Assembly (NCBI RefSeq): GCF_009914755.1
Contig: NC_060936.1
Strand: one strand, 5' to 3'
Source of the DNA: the human T2T-CHM13v2.0 reference genome, Homo sapiens
Length of the DNA stretch: 64,000 nt
The translations under genes were made by a program, and so were the position numbers. Position 1 is the first letter of the stretch. Each line of letters starts with the position of its first letter. The notes beneath the pieces are model-generated. The model saw only the letters and a list, made by a program, of their open reading frames with translations, was not told the DNA's origin and ran no database searches. Shown in pieces: positions 14,840 through 30,299 of the stretch.

Positions 14840-14996
14840 ACCATGTCTGCTGATCCTAGGATAATCATATTTTTTAATTGTCTCATAACATTCTGAATAT
14901 AATAAGATTACAACTGAAACCAGTTTCTTAAACTGAAGTGATTAACCCAGACTTGTAGACAGATACATCATACAATTTTATATTCATTACCACCTA
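14840..14996 (+). repeat. Direct repeat, copy 2 (~157 bp)
   Basis: Same-orientation copy of 13248-13402. Confidence 0.9.
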
Positions 14997-15409
14997 AGAG
15001 GAAAATGAAGACGGATGCCTTCCTTTTAGCAATAGAAGTCTCCACAAGAATCCACAAGTTTTTCCTTCCGGGGCAAACCATATGAACGATCTGGCTTAAG
15101 TATCAGAAATAGAGAGAATAAGTGGCATTTTTCTTGATGGAAAAATATTAATAGTGGGACCTTTCCTAATACTTAGTTCTGGGAAGAGTCTAATTTGACA
15201 TTTTCAAAGAAGATGTGAAAGAAGGGAGTCAACCATGAAATCTTGGAGTTTACTGATGATGTTAACAAGTTCCCCTTAATAATCTTTATCTACTTAGGCT
15301 CTCATTAATTGGAGGAAGTGTTTATTTAAAAAAAATACCGTATAGCAAATTGGCAAGGATATTTTCATATCATTGAAGGTAAATGACTGTACATAGGAAC
15401 GGTACCCAG

Positions 15410-15545
15410 TATTTAGCATTGTGAATAGCGTAGGGCTTCGGATCCAGACCACCTGGGTTGGAATGTCATCTCTGCAGCTTAAGATCTTTGTAACCTTGGG
15501 CAAATTACATAACCTTTTGTGTGCACTGCTTTCAAATGTTGAAAG
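15410..15545 (+). mobile_element. MIR
   Basis: CCTGGGTTGGAAT...TGTAACCTTGGGCAAATTACATAACCT core. Confidence 0.7.
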
Positions 15546-16199
15546 TCACTCCCTTTACAATGTCATTGTTTAGATCTCTTGAGTTGCATCTTAGAAAATC
15601 AAGAAATTATATTACAAACTGTAGTGTATTACACCTACCTGCCCTATATGTAAAATGACTTACAGATAAGCTTACTCCATTCTCAAAAACCAGTAAGCAA
15701 GAAGGAACCCTCAGGTATTCTGAGAGGGAAGGGAGTTTCAAGTTCCCAACTCATTGCTGGGTGGATCAGAAGCTAGAAAGCCTTGAAGTCCATGTTTCAA
15801 AGATAAGACTTAGGTGTTGGATCTATGAGACTTATAGGGGCTCAAGATTTTGAGGGAAATGCTATATTATAGTGATAAGTATGTTTGCTATCTGTCTTTC
15901 ACCCTTCTCACAATTCTCTTTTCTGGATAATAGGCTTTTTTGTTGGTTTTTTTCTTTTTTTGATCCTACTTTGAAGAGAGGTATGAATGATAATGGTGAC
16001 TCTGTTCAGAGTGACCATTTTCAAAGTTTGGAAAAGAACCACATGGACAGATTCAGGTGTTTTAGGATCTGCACTTTGAGAAACAACTGTTTTCACTTTC
16101 AACCAACTTCTTTCACTCTTCTTATAACCAGGGGTACTGGATACACCCACAGGGTTTTCTCCTTTATCCTCTAACCCCTTTCAGTTCCCTGAATGCCTT

Positions 16200-16320
16200 C
16201 CACTAGACTGCAAGCTACCTAAAGGTAGCAGCCCTGATTCATTCATCTCTGTAGCCCTAAGGTGTAGATAGTACCAGGTACCCAATAGATTTCAGTTAAT
16301 ATTTGTCAAATGAATGAAGA
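16200..16320 (+). mobile_element. L2 3' end
   Basis: ACTAGACTGCAAGCT...AATATTTGTCAAATGAATGAA terminus. Confidence 0.7.
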
Positions 16321-16595
16321 AGAAATGGATATTTTTTCAGTACCTCTGTATTCCCTTTGTGACATTATTGAAATAGGGTAAATTTGCAGTGGAAAACAAA
16401 CAAACAAAATTCTATCATACTTATGTTTTTTTTGTGCTCATAAGCTTCAAAATCACTTCTAACAGTGTTTCTTTAGAGAAAACACACTCTGTTTTCCAAA
16501 AATATTTTTACAAGTGTTTTGAAGTTTGATCTATTTTTAAGTTTGAAAACTTTATTATTCGATTGATGGAATCCTTGATTAGTTGTAGCAAATGA

Positions 16596-16927
<332 letters not shown>

Positions 16928-17499
16928 CTACTGACTTTTAAAATACATTTATGAGGTGTTTAATGTTGTGTTAAAAAATTGGGGGCTATTGAAATCACCC
17001 GCCCCCTCAAATGTTTACACTGTGGAAGGCAATAGAGATTGTCAAAGGGGAACATTTTCTTAGTTGGTCAGACACAATATAGATTTTATTAACTCACAAG
17101 TGAATTATTCACAAATTATTTTGTGAAGCCTGGGGTACTTAGAGATTTCTGAAAGAAGAAATTGAAAGAATACTGTAGACAGAGTAAAGAAGACTATTAT
17201 AGGAATAAATCTATTTCATTTCTTATGTCGCCATATCTCACCTATTTCCAAGTGCAAATGATTCTCCTTAATGTAACTTTCACTCTTTTCTTCCTGGGAC
17301 ATTCATGCTGTGAATGGCCTTGTTTCCCATGTTTATTGTTGTGGCAGCCTTGGTCAAATCAGCCTTCTTCTATGCCACACCTTAATCTTCCTCAAGCACT
17401 GCATACTGTTTGATTATATCATTTTCCTTGTCAGCCATCTTTCGTCATTCAGTTACCAACTGATAGAATTAGAAATCTTTGTCTTTCATTATTGGGCAT

Positions 17500-19100
17500 C
17501 TGAAATCTAGCCTCATACTTCCCTTTCAACCTTCATTTCTGCTAATAAAAAGCAGTAACTTCCCCTGCCTGAGAGTCTAGTCTGCTAATGGACTTCTTTA
17601 CCCATTCATCCTTCTTATGCAGTCCCCACGTGCTGCCTTCATGCTTCTTCCAGCTTTTCTGCTCTGCCCCCCACTTACTCTCTCTAGACCTGTTCTTTCA
17701 CCTCACCAGGATCTCCAGTCCAGTTGGCCAATCTTTCTTTCCTGTCTGTCATACTTCTCCTGTTTTCTCTTTGTTGCCTTTTCAAGTCAAATTTTATGCT
17801 GAGTAACACTGGGAAGTACTCAACCGGGCCTTTGTATTGCTTGAGAATCTAGCCAGCTCTTTTTTATCCCTCTTTCAAAACTTTTCATTCTCGTTTGTAC
17901 TTCTAACCTCAACATTGCCCACATCACGTTTTCAGCAAGGGACTCAGTGCCCAATTCACGGTGTAATTCACAGTGTAAATAAAAGTCAACGTATAAAAAT
18001 TTGTTTAACTTCTCACCTATAAATCTGTATTCTTCTTTCTTACTGTTATCATGGAAAAGGTATCTCCCATTGTGAAAGGTTACTCCTGTACCCCTTACTT
18101 CCTTCTCTTGGATTTTTATCTATTTATCATTCCACTGTGTTTACCCTTCAGCATTTATGCTGTTCACATGCTCAGTAACTCTTTAGACCCTGTTTTCCCT
18201 CTGGATACTGACATATATCTATCTTCCATTTTACAGCCAGTTTTCATGAGACTTGTCTCTATGATCTTCATTTTTCTATCTTCCTTTCATTGCTCAATTT
18301 ATTGCAATGTGGCTTGCTACCTCAGTGTTTCACTGAAACTGTAGTCTGTAGAGTTGCCAGTGACCTTCCAAATACTAAACTCATAAACATTTTTCAAGAT
18401 TTACTAATCTCTCAAACACTGATCCACTGCTGACCACTCCTTGCTTCTTAACATTTCCTTGGTGCCATGGACACTACACTCCCAGTTCTTACTTGTCCCT
18501 TCTTATTTCCTTTTGTGGATTTCACTTCTGCCTGGCTTTTAAAAGTTGATATTGATTATGGCTCTAGCCTCAGTATACTCCTTTCTCTTCACACACTTTC
18601 ATGGCAACATGCTGTTGAAATGACCATATATATGTCTTCAATGCCCAAATGTATATTTCCAGTTCAGAAGTCTCTCCTAATATGCCACTGGAATCATCCA
18701 ATAAATACCTCAGTACCCTCGTCCAAACTGATTCCTTCTCTTTTGATTCCTCATTCTATGAAAGACTCTTAGCTACGTATCTTCCCAAACCTTCATCCTG
18801 AAAGCTAGCCTGACTCCTCTCTCCACACATACTGATGATGCCAGTATTCTACAGGACTTTCTTATTGCCCTTACTAGTTAATCAAAGCTCTTGAATATGG
18901 CTCATATTCCTGCCATGATCTGTTTCCTCAGACCTCTCCAGTGTCAACCTTTCAAACTGAAGCACTGTGTACTTCACCTGAGCTTTGTCTTCAAAAGGCC
19001 ATTCTTTACCTCCAGGCCTGTTAAGATCTTTTCCTTTTCCAGAAAACACACCCTAATCCTTTGCTTACTCTTTTCATGTATGTACCCAATTGTGGAAAAA
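17500..19100 (+). mobile_element. Degenerate L2 body
   Basis: CT-rich; TTCACTGAAACTG...CAGTGACCTTC...CTGCTGACCACTCCTTGCTTCTT resembles the L2 RT region; approximate. Confidence 0.6.
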
Positions 19101-19439
19101 TTTGTAGGATTGCTTTTTGTGTCAGTACTATTACTTCTCCTTGGCATTTTCACTGTTTTCTGGACAGTGCTTATTCCAGAATCAGGTTGTTAAATAATAG
19201 TTTTTAATCATGACTCCAGTATTTCAGTGTAACAATTCTCAGTATACTTTAAGTGTGAGATTAGAACATGCAATTGTGCTAGGAGGTTGAATGTTTTAAG
19301 ATGGCTTCCAGAAAAGCAGTGATTTGTTTCAAAGAACTGTCTCAAACACTTTAATTTACTTGTCTTTTAAGGTACAGAATTGGAGAGAGGGCATTTACTT
19401 ATCTTTGAAGGTTTGGAGTATGTTACTTATGCAGTCATC

Positions 19440-19670
19440 ATTTCTCATATTATTGAGTGCCCACAAAGTACCAGATACCACACTGGGGGAATGAAACCTA
19501 GCATTGCCCTTGTCCTTGCACAACTTTGAGCCTGAAGGAGGAAGACAGACCATCACATATAGACATACCAAAAGCTGAATCGAGAATTGTGGCAGGTGCT
19601 ATTGCAACGAGGATCTATGTATATATGTAAGATCTGGTCAGAGATGCAAGGTTTCTCAAAAGGTATAGCT
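19440..19670 (-). mobile_element. L2 3' fragment
   Basis: TTATTGAGTGCCCAC...GTACCAGATAC...GCCCTTGTCCTTG. Confidence 0.55.
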
Positions 19671-19679
19671 CCAAGGCTT

Positions 19680-19715
19680 TTTGTTTGTTTGTTTGTTTGT
19701 TTGTTTGTTTGTTTT
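19680..19715. repeat. (TTTG)n microsatellite
   Basis: About 8 tandem TTTG units. Confidence 0.9.
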
Positions 19716-22325
19716 TTGGCTTGCTTTCGTTTCTGCTGTTTTCAGAGTATGAATGGAATATCCCAATAGGCATTAACGTGGAAATGTTTGTATGGTCCTG
19801 AAGCAGTCAGGGAAGATGTCCTGGATTAAGTGTAGAAGAGGCAAGTCAGTAGCCTAGATAAACACCCATTGCATATGGGGCAGGAAAAAGTCTAGTGTTG
19901 ATATGGATAAAACAAATGGCAGTAAAGTTCCACAAAACAGTGTGTTCAAAGGCATTTGATGTTTTGTGTTAATATTTTAATCACAGTAGAAAATTACATG
20001 TGGGAAAATGTTAATCAAATTGTGCATGGGAAGAAGTCACGTTTCTAATATGTCTTATAAAAATTGAGAAACGTAACAACTAAAATGTTTGCAACTTAGA
20101 CAAATCATTAATTATGTAATTGTAATTTCACTTTAACAATGATCCTGAGGGATAAGACACATTTTAAATTTTTTATTTCTACCAGTAGACTTATGTAAGT
20201 TATTCTTTTTTAGCTTTTTTTTTTGTTTTCTGTGAAAAAAAACTAAATTCTGCCTGTTAATGAGGCAGTAGCACTTGTTTTAAAAGAGATGGTCAGATAA
20301 TTCTTTTAAAAGGCAGAATACTGCCATCTGTTGTTCACTGAAGTTTTTAGCCTAAGCAAACAGAAGCCTTAAGTTCAAATTTAATAGCAATTCTTGATAT
20401 TTAACAGACAAAGACCAGCCCACATTTATCAGCTTTCTGAGTTCGTACTTATTTCAGAGATTCTTAGTTATTCCTATCATTTTTTAAAACTCTTTCTCAT
20501 ATCAGAGAAGTGCTCACATCCAGTTAAGTTCTCTTTGCTTCCTGTTTCTTCCAACAACAGAAATAATAATGTTTTTTATTTACAAAGTAATTTGTACTTA
20601 ACCAAGCCTTCCCACATTTGTGTGAGCAGTCACATGAGTAGCTCATTGCCTGAATTTATTATATCTTTGCCAGCTACATCATCTTTTCTAATTAAGAGAA
20701 AGAGAGAAAACCAGCGTGCAACTTAAAGACAGCTAAGGTTATCTTCTGAAAGATGCGGGTTCTTACTAGAGTAAGTGATGAATAAGTATGTTCCATTTCC
20801 TAAATAATAAAACACTATTGTAAAATTGTTAACTTTGAGTTGTTACGTGAGTTCGCTAGTGTCTGGAAAGTAGTTAGAAAATATAAACAAGACAGAATTT
20901 TTCACCAATTTTTGACTTGTTTGCTGATAGCTTGCAGGGACTTGTATAAGGACAGAGGCCATGTATTCCATCTCATTTGGTGACTTGCAGTGCTCTTTGA
21001 ACATCAAAAGAGAAGGATGTTAAGAATTCTGGTAACTAATGAAGTTTGTTATGTTTCACATCTCACATGGAACCTGCCCACAGACATGTTGGGAAGCAGT
21101 TTGATGAAGGGCCCTATAGGTTTTCCTCCTACTGTACATATATATTATCTTAAGGAAAAAATCCAAATGTAAACTCATATTCCCTGCCAGAAAATTAAAA
21201 TACGCAAACATCTGCTTCCTTAGGATGGCCTTTAGCCAAGGTTCAGCCTACAATGAGTTACTGCAAAATTTTCACATGATTTCATTTTTTAAAAATTTCC
21301 CAACCAACTTCAAGTCTAAAATTATAAATGGGTCCTATGAAAGTATAAACACATATGCAATTTTGCTGTCTCTGAGGTCAGAACCAGTAATGCACCAAAG
21401 ATCATTGTATCAAATCCAGCTCATCTTCTAAATTAATGTAGTACATTAAAGACCAAGATACCATTTCCTAGTATCACAGACAGCCTCCCAGAGAAAGAGT
21501 TGGAGGGATGGAGTGGCACGTAGTGCTACAGAGATGTAGGAGGAGACAGCTTCCAAAAACTCATCACACATCTTTTCCCAGCATTGAGGACCAAAGTTGG
21601 ATGAGAAAAGCCCCAGTGACTATTTCCTTTTTATGTGTCATCTCTTACACTGTTTATTCGTCTCTTATCCCAACTCCCTTTCCACCCTAAGAATATTCCT
21701 CCCATGCTGTGTTTGCCTCCCAGGATGACTAAATAGAAAGAAAAAAATACTTCCAACAATGGAGCTATGATGCCTGCTTTTAGAATTCTTTTCACATCCT
21801 GTGTTATAAATCATTCCAATGCAATCAACCATATTAACTGAAACCAGGACTTCTGTACAATCACTTTTTAAGAACTTAAAATTAAAATCAGGACTATTAT
21901 GAGTATTTTGCAGTAGGGAGTACAATATATCTGACTGCATTTACCTAGAGTAAGAAGTGGAAATAGGTTTTTGTTTTTATTGTTTTATTTATTTATTTAA
22001 TTTATTTATTTATTTTGGTAGAGAAATCATATCTCTGTGCTATCTTCATTTATAAAGGAACTACTGGCCCAGTTCATGTAGGGGACAAACACCCACGTGC
22101 ACAACATACATTTCTTTGCACACACAATCTTTCTCAACAACAATGTTTCACCAACAATAATGATAATGTTGGTGATGTATAATACTTATCAAACATATAT
22201 TTTGGACCACGCACTCTCACAAGTCTTTATGTTTATGATCTCATTTAATCATCAATTACACTATACAGTCGATATTACTATTAATCCCTTTTTAGAGAGG
22301 AGACAAGAGCTAAAGAAATAAAATG

Positions 22326-22743
<418 letters not shown>

Positions 22744-25013
22744 CTAACTTCGGTTCTTGCCTCCTTAAAGACCCCATGTATTACCTCATATAATAAATAT
22801 TTGATATTGATGAATGAAAAAAACTTTCTCTTATATCCCAACGTTTTAAAACTCTGCTTTCCAACTTCCCACATACACAACCTTACAAATTATATATATG
22901 ACAAAAATATGTTTTTCTACCTTTTTGCTTCCCAAATGCTAATTCATAAACCAGGCTTAGCTTTCTAGCTCTTGTTCCAGGAATGTTAATGAATAGCTTT
23001 AACACCGCAATTACATTATGTCTCATTTTAAGGGAAAGAAAATATTGAGTTTAAAATACTATGGAGCTCTCTTAACAGACATAATTAGGACAAATAGCTG
23101 GTCTGGGAATTTTAAAAAGTTTTTAAAGTAGAGAATCATAAAAATATGATATAAATTTTCTATAATTCTAGTAATATATTTTAACTTAATACATAGAGTA
23201 TGCAGGTTTTTGCACATCTTTGATGAAGAGCCAAGAATGTTTCTCTCAAGTATGTGTCCACTGAAGTGACTGGAGTTTCAGGTTGCCGTTCTTACTTACA
23301 CCATACCCATATTTCCTATTTCATTGTACATGCTTGCCAGTTTCCGTTTCTTTATAGTGGAAACAACTTAGGAACTTGGAAGCATTCTGAGTTGAAAAGC
23401 CTTTAGGTGTGTTGTGATTTTCTTTTTGAATCTTTATAGTTGTATCTCCCCTACTTAAATCAAGGGAAATACATTCTTAGGCTCTCACCCTTATAAAATC
23501 TATTTATGAACTCTGTGTAAAGCTACCTGACTTCGTTTTCAAGGGAACAATTCCATTTTTCTGCAGGTGTCATTTCTTTGTAGATATTTTGTTAGTCTAT
23601 GTAATTTACAGTGACAAATATAACAGGCCTAAAGAGATTTGGGAAGAAAGGAAACTGACACTAGGCAAATGCGTAACTTACCTATTGGGAGAAGTATATG
23701 GAAATTCCACCAAATAGCCTATTCCTTGTGATCTACTCAGTGTACACTAGGCAATTTACCATAAGAAGGAAACAGCATCAGTGACTCAATAACAATTTAT
23801 AAGGTAGAGCTTGTGAAAGATTAGCAATTAATACAATAAGGACTTTTCTAAGTCTACATAATAATTTTAAAATCTTTTTTTAAATGTAAAATGCTTAAAG
23901 ATGCCAAGATGTAATTTTAAAATCTTTTTCTTTTTTCTTATTTGATGGGGGTGTGTATGTGTGTGTGTGTAAATGTAGAGAAATGAATTACTTGCCCAAT
24001 TGGAAGGGACCTTCAAAAGATCCCGCCCAGTTCTCTGATTTCAGAGGAAAAGAGCCTGATTGCTCTGTTGGATACAGTATTGCCTATAAGGAAACCTGTA
24101 GGTTTGGTTTTGGAAGTCATCATAAAACTTAAGATATTTTTAAGTGGCCTAATTTGAAGTATATAGCATTTCTACTAGGTTATCTAGATAATTTCTCAAT
24201 TCTAATGTTTCAGCATTTGTAACCTATCTTCAAGTTTCATGTAGACTTACGAAGAGAGGCTTTTGGTGCTGCTTCTAATTCTTTTCCTCCAGTTAGAATA
24301 AATTAATTTCCAAAGCAAGTGACACGCCAGAATGTTCACTGAGTCAGAAGACTGGAGAATTATTACATTTTCTGCCTGTCAGCCTATTTAATTAAGTTAT
24401 CAATTTAATCTGTGATTTAAAATATGTAGAAAGCAGAGTCATAACTTGACTATATTGGTGCTACCTCAAAGCAAATTTATCAAGAATTGGATGCATTATC
24501 TTCATCTACACCCCAGGTGCTAGATAATCTCCTTAATCATTTTAAAGAATAAATTTATGTTGACCCTACCATTTCTCCAGTCTTTTTCTGATTTTTCCTT
24601 TGGGCACCTTTACTTTCTTTAAAAAAAATGATGTGTATCTGCTTTTTTTTGTTTGTTTTCATTTACTCTTTTCACATAATTATTTCCTAAGCATTCTTAG
24701 ATTTTATCTTTTAGAAATTCTCCAGTTCTCAATATTTTGGCATAAACTCAAACACAGCACCACAGCAAATAATCTGATATGTTACTTAATGATACATGAT
24801 TTTATTTTACATTCTGTTCGTAACTTGGTTACATAGACTTGTTAGAATTTTTCATAGTTTGCAACTTACTTAGAAAATTTTAGAAACTTAGATGCCTTTT
24901 ATAGCACGCAAATACCTTTTGACCTCCACACATATTCGAAGATTTCCCTTTTATCATATCAGTACTGCAATGTCAAAGTTTTTGCCCACTAGTAATAAAA
25001 ATTAAAACAAATT

Positions 25014-25368
<355 letters not shown>

Positions 25369-25593
25369 TTATACTTGTTGTATTTTAAACTTCTTATCTA
25401 TAGCATCAGACTTTCTGGGCCTTTGGTTTATGATGAGTGAAATAACTTAGAACCACTCTAGATTGTAATATACCAAGGCCATTAACAGTTGTGGTAGTCT
25501 AAAGCCAGGATTAGGTAGGACATCCTGGAAATGGGAAAGTAGACTGGATGAAGATAAAAGAGGAAAAGGAAGTTGTTTAAAAACTGAGTACTC

Positions 25594-25905
25594 AGTCGGG
25601 CGCGGTGGCTAACACCTTTAATTTCAACACTTTGGGAGGCCAAGGTGGGAGGATTGCTTGAACCCAGGAGTTCAAGACCAGCCTGGGCAAAATAGCAAAA
25701 CCCCATCTGTACCAAAAATACAAAAAAATTAGGCATGGTGGTGTGAGTCTCTAGTATCAGCTGCTAGGGAGGCTGAGGTTGGAGGATTACTTGAGCCCAG
25801 GAGGCTGAGGTTGCAGTGAGCTGAGATCGTGCCAGTGCACTTCAGCCTGGGTGACAGAGTGAGACTCCGTCTCAAAAAAAAAAAAAAAGAAAAAAGAAAA
25901 AAAAA
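25594..25905 (+). mobile_element. AluJ-like
   Basis: GGAGGATTGCTTGAACCCAGGAG and GGATTACTTGAGCCCAGGAGGCTGAGG J-type features; A tail. Confidence 0.88.
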
Positions 25906-27559
25906 CACATTGAAAAATGGTGAATTTACCAAAAGTATCAGTTATTTTTGGCTTGATATATAAAACCGCACTTTCCTCCACTGTTTATCGTACTGAAATG
26001 CCACATTTTCTATTTAAAGGTGGCAATCCAAATTTGGTTGCCATTTAAATAGTGTCTAGGGAAATACACTTGCATTTTCTGAAATGTTAAATATAAATAT
26101 TTCTATTACAAGGAGAGTCTGTGAAGTAGAATGTTTTATATTGCTTGGTAACTTTTTTTTTTTAAAGGAAAAGATTTGTTTGATCATCTGCACCATAAGA
26201 AGACTCAACTGCGATTTTGTGCTTAGTGTGGCTCGTACTGCACTGAAAGATGGTTTCAGATTGTTAGTTTTAAGACTTTTCTTTAAACTGGCTTTTATAT
26301 AAACTTAACATTTAGTATTTATTATCACTATCTAAGATTTCACCAGTTAAATAAAACATTTCTGAGTACCATTGGTATACCTCAATATTTAATTATATTA
26401 TTTTTTTCAAAGTTAATAGGCATGGAAAAAACTTCTGTGTGAATCACACAATTTTTTCTCACTTTGTACATGATTTAAAAAACACTACCAAAAACCAAAA
26501 CCCCTCTCCCTTAAAATTCCTTAATAGGGACATCCTAGACATACCCATCCTTTGTAGCTTACCTGCTATTTATTGAAACAGCAGCCAGTCCATCTTTCTG
26601 TTTTTCACCATTTCATGTGTGGTTAGCCTTGGCAGGTTTGCTGCAAACAAATCTGATTGTTGGTTTTAAATTGCATGCCTCATTGAAGCCTTTAGTTATT
26701 TGAGCAAAAAAGTGGTAATAACTTCTTACGTGTGATGTGTCTGTTGACTGTAACATAATTTTATTCTAGAATCATGAAAACAACAAAGTGAGGACCTGAC
26801 TTAATGATACTAAGGATATTTTTTTTTCCAATAGTAGAAGTGTTCACTTCAGTTTCTTAGCTAATTTCAATAAGGATAATTTGTCTCTCGGCTTGAATGT
26901 TGCTTTTGTTTTCACTTAAAGACCTTTGCTTTTGCAAAAGCTACAGCATAATAGTAGCATCAAAATACATAATGTGCTTATTTTCTGAATTCTTATGTAA
27001 CTGTGACATTGACTTATAAAGATGAGTTTTCAGTTTCTATTTTAAAAAGTACTTTTTAAATGTTTACTATTTTTTCTATATATACAAGAAATACATCTAT
27101 TACTTTAAAGAAAAAATAAAATGTATTATAAAAAGACACACAATTTGATAATTATAAAAAAACTTGTCTTCTTCCCAATAATTTATTTAAAACTTGTAAT
27201 TCTCATGAACATGTTCTACTTTTTCTTCAGATTTGTAGATTTTGTATACTGAGAACATTTTAAGAGAACTTTGTAGTTATTACTAGAGAATAAACTTAAT
27301 TTCATTGTCAAAAACATTTAAAATTTTGTCTTGAAAACAAAGTTTGACTTAAAATTTCAAATTTGTATGGAAACAGTCCAGTTAATTGTTAGTTTATTAG
27401 AACAACATGGCTAAAAATAAACATTACTATTTCAGAGGATCACACTGGATGAGATTTTCAGAAGCATAATGATTAGAGATGCACTTTAAAATACTTATTT
27501 CTAAAAGGGAATGTTAGCTAAGTGGCATTTTTACAAACATTAAAAAATTGAATAATGAT

Positions 27560-29640
27560 ATTATCTCTATTTGCAGATGACATGATCTTTATATGTAGAA
27601 AACCACAACAATTCTACACGCACAAAAATTGTTAGAGCTAACAAATGAATTCAGTAAAGTTACAGGATTGAAAATCAACAGACAAAAATCAATAACATTT
27701 TTTATATACAAATAAGTCCCTAGCTGAAAAAGAATTAAAAAACACTCCCATTTACAATAGCATAAAAAATACTTAGGGATAAATTTAACCAAGGAGGTAA
27801 AAGATTTGTACATCGAAAATTATAAAACACTGATGAAAAGAATTGAACACAGAAATATATAGAAAAATATTCCATTACTCAATCAGAAGTATTGTTAAAA
27901 TATTTATACTACCCAAAGAAATATAGAAATTTAATGCAATAACTATCAACATCGCAATGGTGTCTTCACAGAAATAGAAAAATGCAATCCTAAAATTTGT
28001 ATGAAACCACAAAAAACCCCAAATAGCCAAAGCAGTACTGAGGGGAAAACGGTTGAAGGCATTACACTTTCTGATTTACAACTATATTACAAATCTATAG
28101 TAATCAAAATAGCATGCTACTGGCATAACAACAGAAACCTACACCAATAGAACAGGATAGAGAGCCCAGAAGTAAATTCAAGCATACATGTTCAAATAAT
28201 TTTACACAAGGGTGCTAGGAGGACACAGGTGGAAAGGGGAGTCTCTTTGATAAAAGGTGCTGAGAAAGCTGGATTTCTACATGCAAAAGAATGAAATCGT
28301 ATGTTTATCTTATACCACACACAAAAATCAACTCAAAATAGGTAAAGACTGAAATGTAACACCTGAAACCATGAAACTTACTTATAGAAGAGAACATGGG
28401 GGAAAGCTCTCGGACATTGACCTTGGCAATGAATTCTTGGATAACACACCAAAATCTCAGGCCAAAAGAGAAAAAATAAGTAAATGGGGCCACATCAAAC
28501 TAAATAGCTTCTGCACAGGAAGGGAAACAATCAACAAAATGAAAAGGCAACTGACAGACTGGGAAAAAAATATTGGCAAAGCATGTATCTGATAAGGAAT
28601 TAATATCCAAACTTTATAAATAACTCTTATAACACAATAGGGGAAAAATAACCTGATTAAAAAGTGGGCAAAGGACATGAACAGACATTTCTCCAAAGAA
28701 GACATGAAAGTGGCCAACATATATGTATGGAAAAGTGTTTAACATCACTAAGCATCAGGAAATGGAAATTAAAACCACTATAAGATATCACTTCACTCCT
28801 GTTAGGATGGCTATTATTAAAAAGACAAGATATAACAAATGTTGGCAAGGGTGTAGAGAAAAGGGAACCCTAGAACACTGCTGTTAGAAATGTAGATTGG
28901 TACAGCCATTATAGAAAATAGTATAACGGTTCTTAAGAAAATTGAAAATAGAACTATATGATCCAAATAAGATAAAATCACCACCTCATAAAGATATCTG
29001 CACTCTCATGTTCATTGCATTATTCACAATAGCCAAGATATGTAAATACCATAAGCATCTGTCCATGAATGAATGGATGAAGAAAACATGGTATGTATAT
29101 ATGCACACACGTATATACATACAATGGAATAGCATTCACCCTTTAAAAAGGAAGGAGATCCTGTCATTTGCCATAACATAGATGGACCTGAAGAACATTA
29201 TGCTGAGTAAAATAAGCCAGACACAGAAAAATATTGCATTATCTCACTTAAGTGTAGAATCTTAATTTTTAAAAAAGGTCGAATATTCAGAGATAGAGAA
29301 TAAAACAGTCGTTACCCTGGGCAGAGTCAGGGGAAGGGTCAGGAAATGGGGAGATGTAGGACAAAAGATACAAAGTAGCAGATATATAGGATGTATAAGT
29401 CTAGGGTATCTAATGTACATGAGGATTACAGTTAACGAAATTGTATTGTATTACAGATTTTTGTTAAATAAGGAGATTTCAGCTGCTCTTGTCACAAAAA
29501 TACTATGCAAGACGCTAGATAATGTTAATCTGTCTCACTATAGTAACCATTTGACTATCTGTACATATACACATAACATGTTGTAAGCCTCAAGTATACA
29601 CAATGCAAATTATTTTTAAAATAAGTAAATAAAATAAAAT
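27560..29640 (+). mobile_element. 5'-truncated L1 (L1MA-like): decayed ORF2 RT/C-terminus, 3'UTR and A-rich tail
   Basis: TTT GCA GAT GAC ATG = FADDM RT motif at 27570-27584; ACAGACATTTCTCCAAAGAAGAC and other ORF2 segments; many frameshifts and stops. Confidence 0.92.
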
Positions 29641-30299
29641 TCTACTTTTAGCTCAGAAAAATAAAATTAACCCTATAGATAACAAATATGACATATGCAT
29701 GACTATGTATCCTAAAATTATTAATATTACACTTAAATTTTCATATTGGTTCATAAGAGATATTTATGCCTGTGATCAGAGAACATGGGTACTAGTATTA
29801 AATTATGCATTAAGTAATTACAGATATATTTAAGCACATAAAATTAAGATTTTCTGTTTTTGTTTTTTTGTTTTTCACCGTACTGGTTCAACACTTGAGC
29901 TATGGAATGAAGCTATTTTTCTTTGCAGCCTGATATTTCCACTTTCCACCTGTCTGATTTTGGCAAGTTATTTGTGTCTAATGAAAGTGAAAGTAATAAT
30001 AGTACTTACTAATACTTTGTAGACTTGTGGTTAATATATATCAACTTTACCATTATTATTATAGTTATTGTAATTCTAGCAGTAAAAGACATAACTTTTC
30101 TGTATGATAATTTTACAGAGTAATTTATTCATTACTTACAGGTATTGCAGGACTAGATATCTTTATGGATGTTAGGTGTCATGATATTTTTCTAATTACA
30201 AGAATAATATATATTCACTTTTTCTATAACATACTTTTCCAACCCACTGAACAATATTTTCTAGACAATAATTTATGAATCTACCCACATCTTTTAAAC

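Noticed and set aside
27560-29200. Reverse transcriptase motif FADDM and L1 ORF2-like short ORFs as an active or domesticated RT
   Set aside because: 5'-truncated at the motif, frameshifted immediately after it, and full of stops
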